Shown: piece by piece, positions 40,607 through 50,808 of the stretch
Layout of the letters: each line of letters begins with the position of its first letter
Numbering within the stretch: position 1 is the stretch's first letter
Origin: an uncultured Pseudomonadota bacterium
GTDB lineage: Bacteria > Pseudomonadota > Alphaproteobacteria > Rhizobiales > Xanthobacteraceae
Assembly (NCBI GenBank): GCA_963819325.1
Contig: CAWFVT010000004.1
Location: 58,786-122,785 of the forward strand
Direction of reading: 5' to 3'
DNA length: 64,000 nucleotides
Notes under the pieces: model-generated
The model's input: only the letters and a program-made list of their open reading frames with translations
What the model was told of the DNA's origin: nothing
Database searches by the model: none
Translations under genes and position numbers: made by a program

Positions 40607-40690
40607 CCCACTTCTGCTGGCTGCAACCGGCAACAATGCTGCTCAAGCCTGGACAAGGTAACAAATGCAATTCGCTTCGTGTGCCTTGTG

Positions 40691-40704
40691 TTTTGAATTC
40701 AAAA
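40691..40704. promoter_or_regulatory. Candidate GntR operator
   Basis: Perfect palindrome TTTTGAATTCAAAA upstream of the oxidoreductase. Confidence 0.6.
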
Positions 40705-40731
40705 TTGTCGATGCTAAGAGCCGGGAGTATC

Positions 40732-41469
40732 TCAGTCCGGCTCAGACGAGGGCGGGTCGCCCGCCTTCAGATGCTCGACGGCGGCGGTCCGCTTGTTGCG
40801 CAGATGCTCGAACAGGATATCGCTGAGCTCGCTGCCGGCGCGACGGCGCAGCGCATCCAGGATGGCCTCGTGTTCGCGCATGGCTTCGCCCCAGCGTTCT
40901 CGCTTGCGGGCAAAATTGGCAGAATACCGAACCCGGCAAATCCGCCCGGCGAAGCTTGAATAAGTGCCGAGCAGCACCGCGTTGCGCGAGGCCTCGACGA
41001 TCTTCTGGTGGATCAGCTGGTTGACGCGGAAATAGCCATGCATGTCGCGGTGCAGGTAAAAGCCGTACATCTCGTAATGCAGCCGCTCGATCTCGGCGAT
41101 TTCGGCGTCGGTGATGTTTTCGCAGGCGAGGCGCCCGGCGAGACCTTCGAGACCGCCCATCACCTCGAACAGCTCTCCGAGATCGTGCTCGCTCAATTGC
41201 CGCACGCGGGCGCCGCGGTTCGGCAACAGCTCGACCAGTCCTTCGGACGCCAATACCTTCAGCGCTTCGCGCAACGGCGTGCGCGAGATGCCCAGCATCT
41301 CGCAAAGCTGGCGCTCGGGCACCCGACCGCCACCCCGAATGTTGCCTTCGACGATGTGGTCGCGCAGGCGGGCCAGGATCTCGTCATGCAGGGACAACTC
41401 TTCCCGGCCGGGGTCCGCGCCGGCCCCAACCGCTGTCGACGTCGTGTCACTGGGAATCAGGGGTTTCAT
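40732..41469 (-). CDS. GntR (FCD) transcriptional regulator
   Basis: LRDHIVEG...ERQLCEMLGISRTPLREALKVL; EHEAILDAL; real start within long track ORF 40732..42081. Confidence 0.9.
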   Translation of the reverse strand: MKPLIPSDTTSTAVGAGADPGREELSLHDEILARLRDHIVEGNIRGGGRVPERQLCEMLGISRTPLREALKVLASEGLVELLPNRGARVRQLSEHDLGELFEVMGGLEGLAGRLACENITDAEIAEIERLHYEMYGFYLHRDMHGYFRVNQLIHQKIVEASRNAVLLGTYSSFAGRICRVRYSANFARKRERWGEAMREHEAILDALRRRAGSELSDILFEHLRNKRTAAVEHLKAGDPPSSEPD

Positions 41470-41541
41470 GTGTCGATCATAGGCCCCGATGGGATGATCG
41501 TCGAGAATAAGTGTAAACAATTTTTGGATTGATAGGAAATT

Positions 41542-41555
41542 TTTTGAATGCAATA
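41542..41555. promoter_or_regulatory. Candidate GntR operator, second copy
   Basis: TTTTGAATGCAATA, 12/14 identical to the 40691 site, in the divergent gntR/aminotransferase gap. Confidence 0.55.
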
Positions 41556-41586
41556 TGGTCCGACCGAAAAAGCCGATGAGGAACCT

Positions 41587-42795
41587 ATGAGCCCGCACCA
41601 AGGACGCCATTTCTTGCAAATTCCCGGCCCAAGCCCGGTGCCGGATCGCGTGCTTCGCGCCATGGACATGCCGGTCATGGACCATCGCAGCCCCGAATTC
41701 GCCGAACTCGGCAAAGCGGTGTTCGCAGGCTGCCAGAAGGTCTTCAAGACGGCCGGACCGGTGATCATTTTTCCCTCGTCGGGGACCGGCGCCTGGGAGG
41801 CGGCGATCGTCAATACGTTGTCGCCGGGCGACAAGGTCCTGATGGTCGAGACCGGCCATTTCGCAACGCTGTGGCGGCAGATGGCGGCGCGCTGGGGCAT
41901 CGATGTCGATTTCATGCCGGGCGACTGGCGCCACGGCGCCGACCCCGCCGCTATCGAGGCCAGGCTGGCGCAGGATTCGACGCATGCCATCAAGGCGGTA
42001 ATGGTGGTGCACAATGAGACCTCGACCGGCGTCACCAGCCGGGTCGGCGACATTCGCGCCGCGATGGACCGGGCCGGCCATCCGGCGCTGCTGCTGGTGG
42101 ATACGATCTCCTCATTGGGCTCGGTCGATTACCGGCACGACGAGTGGAAGGTCGACGTTACCGTCAGCTGTTCGCAAAAAGGGCTGATGCTGCCGCCGGG
42201 GCTCGGCTTTAACGCCATCTCCGACAAGGCCCGCGCCGCCGCCAAAACCAACAGGATGCCGCGGTCGTATTGGGACTGGGAAGAAATGGTAAAACCCAAC
42301 GCGGCCGGTTTCTTCCCCTACACGCCGGCCACAAACCTGCTCTACGGCCTGCGTGAGGCGCTTGCGATGCTGTTTGAGGAAGGGCTGGATGCTGTGTTCG
42401 CCCGCCACCAGCGCCTTGCGGCCGCTACCCGCGCGGCCGTGGCGCATTGGGGCCTCGAAGTGCTGTGCCTTGAACCGGCCGAATATTCACCGGTGCTGAC
42501 GGCGGTGCTGATGCCGCCGGGGCACGACGCCGACAAATTCCGCAAGACCGTGCTCGAGGCCTACAACATGTCGCTCGGCACGGGCCTCAGCAAGCTTGCC
42601 GGCAAGGTGTTTCGCATCGGCCACCTCGGCGAGTGCAACGAACTCACCTTGATGGGTGCCTTGTCGGGCGTGGAGATGGGCCTCTCCGCTGCCGGTGTGC
42701 CGCACCGCGCCGGCGGTGTTGATGCTGCGATGAAAGCGCTGGACGATCCGCCCAAGTCAAATGCCCCCGGGGATCTGAAGGTGGTCAAAACCTAA
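41587..42795 (+). CDS. Serine/alanine-glyoxylate aminotransferase-like (class V PLP)
   Basis: HFLQIPGPS, HNETSTG, DTISSL, SQKGLMLPPG, FRIGHLG. Confidence 0.9.
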   Translation: MSPHQGRHFLQIPGPSPVPDRVLRAMDMPVMDHRSPEFAELGKAVFAGCQKVFKTAGPVIIFPSSGTGAWEAAIVNTLSPGDKVLMVETGHFATLWRQMAARWGIDVDFMPGDWRHGADPAAIEARLAQDSTHAIKAVMVVHNETSTGVTSRVGDIRAAMDRAGHPALLLVDTISSLGSVDYRHDEWKVDVTVSCSQKGLMLPPGLGFNAISDKARAAAKTNRMPRSYWDWEEMVKPNAAGFFPYTPATNLLYGLREALAMLFEEGLDAVFARHQRLAAATRAAVAHWGLEVLCLEPAEYSPVLTAVLMPPGHDADKFRKTVLEAYNMSLGTGLSKLAGKVFRIGHLGECNELTLMGALSGVEMGLSAAGVPHRAGGVDAAMKALDDPPKSNAPGDLKVVKT

Positions 42796-42873
42796 TAGGG
42801 AGCGCAGACCAGCAGCGATTTGCACGGACCGGTCCGCCCCGACCAGCAGCAAAACGAACTCGGAAGGCAGAAT

Positions 42874-44157
42874 ATGCGGCTTCGGTTCAAGCCCACTTAT
42901 GTCGTGCTGGCGATGCTTTGCGTCATGTACTTCATCACCTATGTCGACCGCGTCAACATTGGTACGGCCGCCAGCGAGATCCAGAAGGAACTCGGCCTCA
43001 GCAATACGCAACTTGGTTTGGTATTTTCAGCCTTTGCCTATCCCTATCTCTTGCTCCAGATAATCGGCGGCTGGATCGGAGACCGATTCGGGCCGCGCAA
43101 GACCTTGTTCTGGTGCGGGATGGTCTGGGCTGCCGCCACCATCATGACCGGCTTTGTGAGCAGCCTGTCGACGCTGTTCATTGCGCGCGTCGCGCTCGGG
43201 TTCGGCGAGGGCGCGACCTTCCCAACCGCGACGCGCGCGATGCAGCACTGGACGCCGGCCAACAAAAGAGGGTTTGCGCAAGGGCTCACCCACGCATGCG
43301 CGCGGCTCGGAAATGCCGTCACGCCACCCTTGATAGCGGCCTTGATGGCCTGGCTGACCTGGCGCGGTTCGTTCGTCGCGCTGGGACTGGTCAGCCTGGT
43401 ATGGGGCGTGATCTGGGCGCTCTATTTCCGCAACGAGCCCAGCGATCATCCTGACATCACCGAGGCTGAACTGGCGTCGCTTCCACCGCGCTCCGTTGAT
43501 GCGCGACCTCAGGTGCCGTGGGGACTGCTGTTGCGGCGGATGTGGCCGGTCACGCTCACCTATTTCTGCTATGGCTGGAGCCTGTGGCTGTATCTGAACT
43601 GGCTGCCGCTGTTCTTCAAGAACAACTACAATCTGGACATCAGGAATTCGGCGCTGTTCGCCTCGGGTGTTTTCTTGGCCGGCGTGGTCGGCGACAGCCT
43701 CGGCGGAATTCTGTCTGATCGGATTCTGAAAAGAACCGGCGACGTCCGCCTCGCACGGCTCGGCGTCATCGTTACCGGTTTCGCGGGCGCTTTGTTGTCG
43801 CTTGTTCCGATCCTGTTCATTCACGACATCACGACCGTCGCCTTGTGCCTGTCGGGCGGGTTTTTCTTTGCCGAACTCGTGATCGGACCGATCTGGTCGG
43901 TACCGATGGACATTGCTCCGAAATATTCCGGCACAGCCGCGGGCCTGATGAATTCCGGCTCAGCGCTGGCTGCGATTGTTTCGCCGCTGGTGGCCGGTTA
44001 CGTGATCGATGTGACCGGCAACTGGTATTTGCCGTTCCTGATGTCGATGGGGTTGCTGCTGCTGGGCGGGTTTTGCGCGTTCCTGATGCGCCCGGAAACA
44101 CCCTTCGAGGCGACCGACGGCATCGAGGCCACTGGACGCCCGGCCGCGGCCGGCTAG
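42874..44157 (+). CDS. MFS transporter, anion:cation symporter-like
   Basis: YVDRVNI, DRFGPRK, GEGATFP, NWLP. Confidence 0.88.
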   Translation: MRLRFKPTYVVLAMLCVMYFITYVDRVNIGTAASEIQKELGLSNTQLGLVFSAFAYPYLLLQIIGGWIGDRFGPRKTLFWCGMVWAAATIMTGFVSSLSTLFIARVALGFGEGATFPTATRAMQHWTPANKRGFAQGLTHACARLGNAVTPPLIAALMAWLTWRGSFVALGLVSLVWGVIWALYFRNEPSDHPDITEAELASLPPRSVDARPQVPWGLLLRRMWPVTLTYFCYGWSLWLYLNWLPLFFKNNYNLDIRNSALFASGVFLAGVVGDSLGGILSDRILKRTGDVRLARLGVIVTGFAGALLSLVPILFIHDITTVALCLSGGFFFAELVIGPIWSVPMDIAPKYSGTAAGLMNSGSALAAIVSPLVAGYVIDVTGNWYLPFLMSMGLLLLGGFCAFLMRPETPFEATDGIEATGRPAAAG

Positions 44158-44226
44158 CGCCGGCAAAGGCCGGCCTTCTTGCGCATTGACGCGGCCAACC
44201 GGGCGGGGGACAAGCCCGTCAAATAA

Positions 44227-44278
44227 TGATATTCGAGCCTGATATTCGAGCCTGATATTCGAGCCTTAGGTTCGAGCC
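44227..44278. repeat. 13-bp tandem repeat (3 perfect + 1 degenerate)
   Basis: tgatattcgagcc x3 + ttaggttcgagcc. Confidence 0.9.
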
Positions 44279-44314
44279 TTGCGAAACCAAGATATTCCCC
44301 GGGAAGGACGCTCC

Positions 44315-45523
44315 ATGACCGTGCACACTGGAAGGCATTTTCTCCAGATTCCAGGACCGACCAACATACCCGACCGGGTGCTGCGGGCGATGGACATGCC
44401 GACCATGGATCATCGCGGTCCCGAATTCGCACAACTCGGCTTTGAGGTGCTGGCGGCGGCGCAGCGCGTCTTCCGCACCAAACAGCCCGTCATCATCTAC
44501 CCGTCGTCGGGCACCGGCGCCTGGGAGGCCGCGCTCGTCAATGTCCTGTCGCCCGGCGACAAGGTGTTGATGGCCGAGACCGGCCAGTTCGCGGTGCTGT
44601 GGCGCGGCATCGCGGAGAAGTTCAAGCTCGACATCGATTTCATTCCGGGCGATTGGCGCCGCGGCGCCGATCTGGAACAGATCGAAGCCCGGCTTGCCGC
44701 GGACACGCGGCACCGCATCAAGGCGGTGATGATCGTGCATAACGAGACATCGACCGGTTGCGTCACCCATCCGCTTGAGGTCCGCAAAGCCATCGATCGC
44801 GCAAAACATCCGGCGCTATTCATGGTCGATACGATTTCCGGCCTCGGTTCGCTGGAATACGAGCACGATGCCTGGGGCATCGACGTGTCCGTCGCAGGTT
44901 CGCAGAAGGGGCTGATGCTGCCGCCGGGCCTTGGGCTCAATGCGGTGTCGGAAAAGGCGCTCGCGGCGGCGAAGGCCAATCCGTCGATGCGATCATATTG
45001 GGACTGGCAGGAGGTCATTGCGATCAACAAGGTCGGCACCTGGCCCTATACGCCCGCGATCAATCTGTTGTTCGGCTTGAAGGAAGCCATTGCGATGCTC
45101 GAGGAGGAGGGGCTCGACAATGTTTTCGCGCGGCACAAGCGTCACAGCGCGGCGACGCGCGCGGCGGTGAAGGTGTGGGGACTGGAAACGCAATGTCAGG
45201 ATCCGCTTGCGCATTCGCCTGCGCTGACCGGCGTGGCGTTGCCTGACGGCCACGATGCCGACAATTTCCGCAAAGTCGTGCTGGAGAATTTCGACATGTC
45301 GCTCGGCACCGGCCTCAACAAGATCAAGGGCAGGGTATTCCGCATCGGCCATATCGGCCATTTCAACGATCTGATGCTGATGGGAACCCTGGCGGGCGTC
45401 GAGATGGGCCTTGATCTCGCCAAGGTACCGCATCGCGATGGCGGCGTCCTGGCCGCGATGGAAGTCCTGAAGGGGCGCGAGGTGGTGTCGATGCCGAAAT
45501 CAAAGGCCGCCGATGCGGCATGA
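44315..45523 (+). CDS. Second serine/alanine-glyoxylate aminotransferase-like paralog
   Basis: HFLQIPGPT, HNETSTG, SQKGLMLPPG, FRIGHIG. Confidence 0.9.
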   Translation: MTVHTGRHFLQIPGPTNIPDRVLRAMDMPTMDHRGPEFAQLGFEVLAAAQRVFRTKQPVIIYPSSGTGAWEAALVNVLSPGDKVLMAETGQFAVLWRGIAEKFKLDIDFIPGDWRRGADLEQIEARLAADTRHRIKAVMIVHNETSTGCVTHPLEVRKAIDRAKHPALFMVDTISGLGSLEYEHDAWGIDVSVAGSQKGLMLPPGLGLNAVSEKALAAAKANPSMRSYWDWQEVIAINKVGTWPYTPAINLLFGLKEAIAMLEEEGLDNVFARHKRHSAATRAAVKVWGLETQCQDPLAHSPALTGVALPDGHDADNFRKVVLENFDMSLGTGLNKIKGRVFRIGHIGHFNDLMLMGTLAGVEMGLDLAKVPHRDGGVLAAMEVLKGREVVSMPKSKAADAA

Positions 45524-46353
45524 ATGTATCCATACAACAACAGAAAGAGCGCGCGATGAACGCCCCGGAACCGGCGACTGAAGACCTGATCTATGTAGTC
45601 CAAGATGGCATCGCCCGGCTGACCTTCAACCGTCCGCAGGCGCGCAACGCGCTGACCTTTGCGATGTATGAACAGATGGCGGCGATCTGCGAGGCCATCA
45701 ACGCCGACCGCTCGATCAAGGCCATGATCCTCACGGGAGCCGGCGACAAGGCGTTCGCGTCAGGCACCGACATTTCGCAGTTCCGTGCCTTCAAGACCGC
45801 TCAGGATGCGCTCGACTACGAGGCGCGCATCGATCGCGTGCTGGGCGCGCTGGAAAGCTGCCGGGTGCCGACCATTGCGGCCATCGCCGGCGCCTGCACC
45901 GGTGGCGGCGCTGGGATCGCCGCCTGTTGCGACATCCGGATCGGCACCGCGACGACGCGGATCGGCTTTCCGATCGCGCGGACGCTCGGCAATTGCCTGT
46001 CGATGTCCAACATCAGCCGGCTCACTGCGCTGATCGGCCCGGCGCGAACCAAGGATTTGATCTTTATGGCGCGGCTGATCGAGGCCCCCGAGGCGCTGGC
46101 GCTCGGCCTGCTCAACGAGGTGGTGCCTGACGTCGCCACGCTACAGCGCCGCGCCGAGGAAACAGCGAAGCTGGTTGCGGGACATGCGCCGATCACGCTC
46201 GAAGTCACCAAGGAAGCGGTGCGCCGTATCCGGCGGACGTTGACGCGCGACGAGGGCGAGGATCTGATTCTTCGTGCCTATATGAGCGAGGATTTCCGCG
46301 AGGGAATGGATGCCTTCCTCAACAAGCGCACGCCGAACTGGAAGGGCAAGTAG
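45520..46353 (+). CDS. Enoyl-CoA hydratase/isomerase
   Basis: NRPQARNAL, AFASGTDI, GGGAGIA; ATGA overlap with upstream gene. Confidence 0.88.
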   Translation: MNVSIQQQKERAMNAPEPATEDLIYVVQDGIARLTFNRPQARNALTFAMYEQMAAICEAINADRSIKAMILTGAGDKAFASGTDISQFRAFKTAQDALDYEARIDRVLGALESCRVPTIAAIAGACTGGGAGIAACCDIRIGTATTRIGFPIARTLGNCLSMSNISRLTALIGPARTKDLIFMARLIEAPEALALGLLNEVVPDVATLQRRAEETAKLVAGHAPITLEVTKEAVRRIRRTLTRDEGEDLILRAYMSEDFREGMDAFLNKRTPNWKGK

Positions 46354-46429
46354 CCACCTGCACTTGCGGGCTCGCCGGTTCGATCATGACGCCCACAGGT
46401 GTTCTGATGTTATGGTCTGTCAGCAGCAA

Positions 46430-46681
46430 GCTCTCGGCTGCGGGCTGCGCGGATCGCGTTATTTTTATCTTCGCGTCATCGTTCTGTGAATTCGTCCAGT
46501 ATGTTTGCGTCGAAGCTGTTTTACAATCCAGCATTGCTCCATTCGCTACATCCAGCATCTTGTTCCATGCTCGCTGGCCGCGCAAGCGCTTGGCGGCGCG
46601 GACCCCAGCTGTAGGCTTGATGGCCGCGCCGGTGTATCTAGAGGCTAGTCCGGAAATCTCATTTATCCATTTTTAGTTTTG
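46430..46681 (+). pseudogene. Decayed 3' end of an MBOAT gene (copy of ~25380-25706)
   Basis: Shared blocks cgaagctgtttta, atccagcatcttgtt, cgcttggcggcgcgga; FIYFQF has become FIHF*. Confidence 0.75.
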
Positions 46682-46690
46682 GGTCCGAGC

Positions 46691-47605
46691 ATGCAATCGA
46701 TGGCTCCCGCTCACTGGTTCGCAAAATGTGGCTTTGGCGCAGGGGTGCTGCTGCTCGCCTGTGGCATTGCTACCGCTTGGTTCGGCGATGGGCTGCGACT
46801 TCCGTCAACCACGACCCGCGACGGCACGCTGATCACGTTGAACCGGTATGTCAGGGAACCGATTCCCGATGTGGTTCTGGTCGGTAGTTCGCTTACCTTC
46901 CGGCTCAAGGAAGGATATTTCTCGACGCCTGGCCTGCGAAACCTGGGGCTGGCGGGAGGCTCCCCCGTCACCGGACTCGAAATTGTGGCGAACCAGCCGC
47001 GTTTGCCTAAGATCATTCTTGTTGAGACGAACGTGCTGTCCAGGTCGGCGGACACGGCTTTGGTCAAGAATTATTCAAAAACCGACAACGCCGGACCGTT
47101 GTTTTTTCGTCCAATCAGAACTGCTGTCGCGGCCTACGAAAATTGGGTTCATGCACCGCTTAATCATGCACAGATTTCCAATTCTCTGGATCAATTGCTC
47201 AACCAGCCGCCCAGCGATTTCGATAATCGAACCTATGTGGATCGGACGCTGCAACAGTGGAACGCGGAAGATCCGACCGCTGCCGTTCAGGTGAACGTCC
47301 AGAGAATTGCGCAGCTAATCCCGGCAATCGAGCGGAGGGGGGCGCGCGTGTTGTTTTTTGAGCTACCTTGTTCGACGCAGCTTGAAGGATCCCGGTTTGC
47401 AGAAATCACTCACGAGATCGTTCGCGCTGCCTTTGCCGATCCGGGTCAGTGGCTGCACATCGATTATGCGAGGAGTGAGTTGCGCTGGGCGGACGGCGTC
47501 CATCTGGATGAGCGCTCCGCTTTGATCGTGACGCAATCGATTGATAAGGCTCTTTCGTCCCTGATCTCCGTAAAATCGTCGCCTCGTGCAGTGATGCAGC
47601 CTTAG
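46691..47605 (+). CDS. SGNH-like protein, paralog of 25715..26593
   Basis: Colinear and highly similar: HWFAKCGF, LPSTTTRDGTLITLNRY, VGSS, WADGVHLDERSA. Confidence 0.8.
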   Translation: MQSMAPAHWFAKCGFGAGVLLLACGIATAWFGDGLRLPSTTTRDGTLITLNRYVREPIPDVVLVGSSLTFRLKEGYFSTPGLRNLGLAGGSPVTGLEIVANQPRLPKIILVETNVLSRSADTALVKNYSKTDNAGPLFFRPIRTAVAAYENWVHAPLNHAQISNSLDQLLNQPPSDFDNRTYVDRTLQQWNAEDPTAAVQVNVQRIAQLIPAIERRGARVLFFELPCSTQLEGSRFAEITHEIVRAAFADPGQWLHIDYARSELRWADGVHLDERSALIVTQSIDKALSSLISVKSSPRAVMQP

Positions 47606-47833
47606 GTACGGAATGGATGCCTTGCTCAAAAGCCACGTCGAACCGGAACGGTAAAAAGCAATGGCTTTTCTCTGGAGAAAGATTTTCACTTAACTTTTTT
47701 CGCTCATCAATCCGTCCATCCAGCGGCCATGAGCCACAGCAGGAAGTTCACCTGTCGGTCGGGCCAGAATTGTCTCCTGGCGAAGATTGGATTTAGCGAA
47801 CCGATTGATACGCGAGGCGTTTGGGAGTGGCTG

Positions 47834-48022
47834 TCACCGCGTGGGCTCGTGCGAAAAAATGAGGTAAGCAGAGGTGCCGCCAGTAGCCAACATGCCCGAT
47901 CCGAGCAGAATTGAGAAAAATCCCGGGGATACTGCGATGGCAAAAACGCCAAACCCAACAAGGATGGCGCACACTGCCAGAAGACCATAGGTCCCGGCGG
48001 ACCGTGCGGGCATGCTTTTCAT
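47834..48022 (-). CDS. Possible small membrane protein
   Basis: Two hydrophobic segments; no family recognised. Confidence 0.35.
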   Translation of the reverse strand: MKSMPARSAGTYGLLAVCAILVGFGVFAIAVSPGFFSILLGSGMLATGGTSAYLIFSHEPTR

Positions 48023-48478
48023 AGCTGTAATATGCACCGTCACTGGTTCGATTTCCAGCCTACGCTGCGGGAAATGACGAAACGGCACTGCGTTCGGTGG
48101 TTTTAATGGGGGCTAACGTCACGACTGCTCGTGTCAGTGGACGGTTCAGGAACTAGATCGGCATTGCGGCTTTGCCACGGCGGGTCCCGAGAGACCCGAG
48201 AGAGGCGGCTATCGCTTTCGCGTGACGCCGCAACGAGGCTCGTTTATTAAGCTGAATCCCGACTGGGCGAACCGCGAACACCGCCGGTAGGTGGCCTCTC
48301 CGCAGCGCGCTGATGCTATTGTTAAAGGGGCAAAACGAACCGGTCCGCTTTCGGCGATAAGTCAGAAAACCACAGTAGCGGCAAAAAAGTCGCCGGACAG
48401 CAGTCCGGCGGAGGTGTTCGACGTCTGGTTGCGTGCCTAGACTTATCGATGTTTGGTGGAATGTCCAGGGGTCAGAAC

Positions 48479-48655
48479 ATGCGAATATTCATTTACGCGA
48501 CGCTGGCTCTTGTCGTTCTGGTCATTGTTGTAAGGGCAATTTACAACGGACCGCCAAGAACGGAATGTCTGCAAAGGCTGGACGGCGACTGCATTAAGCT
48601 GCGGATCGTCCCGAAAAAGTCCGACGATACGGATGCAGCTCAACCCAGGGGATAA
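48479..48655 (+). CDS. Possible small exported protein
   Basis: MRIFIYATLALVVLVIVVRAIY...ECLQRLDGDC; AGGGG upstream. Confidence 0.4.
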   Translation: MRIFIYATLALVVLVIVVRAIYNGPPRTECLQRLDGDCIKLRIVPKKSDDTDAAQPRG

Positions 48656-48974
48656 ACGCGAATATCGCGATAAGATAGCGACGAGACACGAGTGCCTCGC
48701 ATAACCACGCCACCGGCGAGATGCCTTGATGTTTCGCAAAGGAAATTAAACCTGATGTCGATTCCTTCGCAAAGCAGGCGGCGGCTTTTTTTAGGTGTCC
48801 CGCTCCGCCTGCAGCTTCGCGACCTCCCAGTCTAGCGCTTGAGCTACCCGATCTCTTGCTGCTCCGCCTTAATCTGACCGTGACCGGGGAAGATCTGGGC
48901 CGGATCAGTCGCAAAGGCTTTTATGCGGTCCCACCGATCAGTCATAGGCTTCACCGCTTCGGGCGTTTTGGGAG

Positions 48975-49132
48975 GACGAGCCCACATCGGCCTGAAGAAC
49001 GGTGTTTTCATCGAAAACCGGTCCACACCGGCGCGCTTTCCAGCGGAAATTCTTCCTTTCTATGAGCCCGGCGGCAACCGGATGGAGGTCGCCAATGGCG
49101 GCGCTCGTCTCGTCCTGGCGCTCGGACCCTGA
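48975..49132 (+). pseudogene. Fragment of catechol 2,3-dioxygenase-type extradiol dioxygenase
   Basis: Across frameshifts: IGLKNGVFIE / TGPHRRAFQRKFFL / YEPGGNRMEVANGGARLVLA. Confidence 0.6.
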
Positions 49133-49276
49133 TCGTGTGGACTAAGGAATAGCGCAAGAAAAGCCAAGCGTGGGCGCCGAAGATGCCGAGTCGTTTCAAA
49201 CGCATTGGACGCGGGATGAGATAGCAGGGTGGAGTGGTCCTGGATCCGCGCCTGCCGGACGGCAGTTGAAATGCAC

Positions 49277-50059
49277 CTAAAAATTGAGCGCGGTCTGCGG
49301 AAACTGCCGCGACAGATCAGACGGGATCGTGGTTCCGATGGCCTCCGGCGGGAAAAACAGAAAATCCCGGTGGCCTTCCATTCCGAACTTGTAATGCGGA
49401 ACGGCATCGGGGTTGGCGTAGTGCAGGTACCTGTTCCCCAACAGGAGCAGGCCGGAATATCCGAGACCGCGGAAAAATTGAAAGATCTGCCGTGTTCTTG
49501 GATCGGTCACCGTACTCTCGAATTGGACGACCGGCCGATGGCGTTGAATGGTCTCCTCGCCGCCCAGGAACACGTTGAGTTCATGCCCTTCGACGTCGCA
49601 TTTGATGAATTTCAGGTTCGGGAAGTTCTCGTCGCCCATCGCGTCTAGCCTGGTGACCTGCACATCGAGCGTCGTATCCAAGCTGCGCCGGCGCGCCACC
49701 TCGAGCGTCGCGCTTCCATCGCCCATTCTTTGCCGGGACAGTTTCATACTTCCGTCGGAATTCGACAGCGCGACGGTCATCACGCGAAGGTTGCGCCAAT
49801 CAAATCGAGATTTCTGACGCTCGATGCTGTCGCGCATCTCCGGCTGCGGTTCGAATGCGATCACGCAGCCCGAAGGTCCAACCGCGCGCATCATCCAGAA
49901 ACAATAAATTCCCTTGTTAGCCCCGATATCAAGCACGGTCGCGCCCCTCAATTGGAGGCGCATCATCGTCTTGATTTGCAGCTTTTCTGTTCGAAAGCGA
50001 TAACGCAGGCATCGAACCAGAAAATGCGCATTGTCGATGAATGCCGATCGTGCGACCAT
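49277..50059 (-). CDS. FkbM family methyltransferase
   Basis: VLDIGANKG, AFEP, FIKCDVEGHELNVFLG. Confidence 0.9.
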   Translation of the reverse strand: MVARSAFIDNAHFLVRCLRYRFRTEKLQIKTMMRLQLRGATVLDIGANKGIYCFWMMRAVGPSGCVIAFEPQPEMRDSIERQKSRFDWRNLRVMTVALSNSDGSMKLSRQRMGDGSATLEVARRRSLDTTLDVQVTRLDAMGDENFPNLKFIKCDVEGHELNVFLGGEETIQRHRPVVQFESTVTDPRTRQIFQFFRGLGYSGLLLLGNRYLHYANPDAVPHYKFGMEGHRDFLFFPPEAIGTTIPSDLSRQFPQTALNF

Positions 50060-50808
50060 CTCATTTATTTCGCAGGTTCAAGCCGGCTCCTCAGATTTTC
50101 TGCTATACCGCCGCGGCCGCGCGCCCGTCAATCAACCCGACCGCCAATCAATACAGCCTGCGTGACGGTCGACAGGTGACTGTTGAAAACAATCCCGATA
50201 ACGTCATGCCCTCATCAGGATGCCGGTCCTGGAAATGAAAATCAAGATATAGCCTGTACAATTAAACCAAATCGAATCGAACAGAAAGCCGGTGAGAATT
50301 GGTGTGGGACCATCCGCGGTCGCCAAGACTAGAGAAGTGCCGACCAGCGTTTTTTTCAATGACCAAAAATCGCCGATGCGTTCAGCTACTGCGCTCTCGA
50401 ACCAACCATCCCTGTGATTATTACTGTGAAGGATAAGCTGACAGTATTTCTAAGGTGCCCGAAAACTATCAAAGAGAAATCGCTTGAGGCTAGGCTTTGC
50501 ACGTATGTCGCGCCAGCAACCGTGAAATGACTTGCGTCCTGATAGAGCGGGAGGCCGTTGAAGCCAGACCGGACATTCAGCGTCGCAAAATGTCTCGACC
50601 GGAATTAAGAGGCTTACCTGGTCCGGCCACCTATTCTGGATTTCGCGAAGCCTAGTCTAGCGTTGATTTCAGAACCTTGCTGCCGGGCTTGCCTCGATCT
50701 TTCGCAGCGCATCGGAGGGGCTTTGAGAACCGGCGCGATCGGAAGCGGCAATGGTTCATTTGTGGGTCTCGGAGTTTGCGACGCCACTGCCATCACGCTC
50801 GGCCGCCA

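Noticed and set aside
41470-42081. 200-aa N-terminal extension of GntR in the ORF track
   Set aside because: Overlaps the aminotransferase on the other strand; ATG at 41469 gives a normal-length GntR
44227-44278. Tandem repeats here and at 1972 and 10949 as CRISPR arrays
   Set aside because: Units are 13-17 bp, directly adjacent, with no spacers and no cas genes
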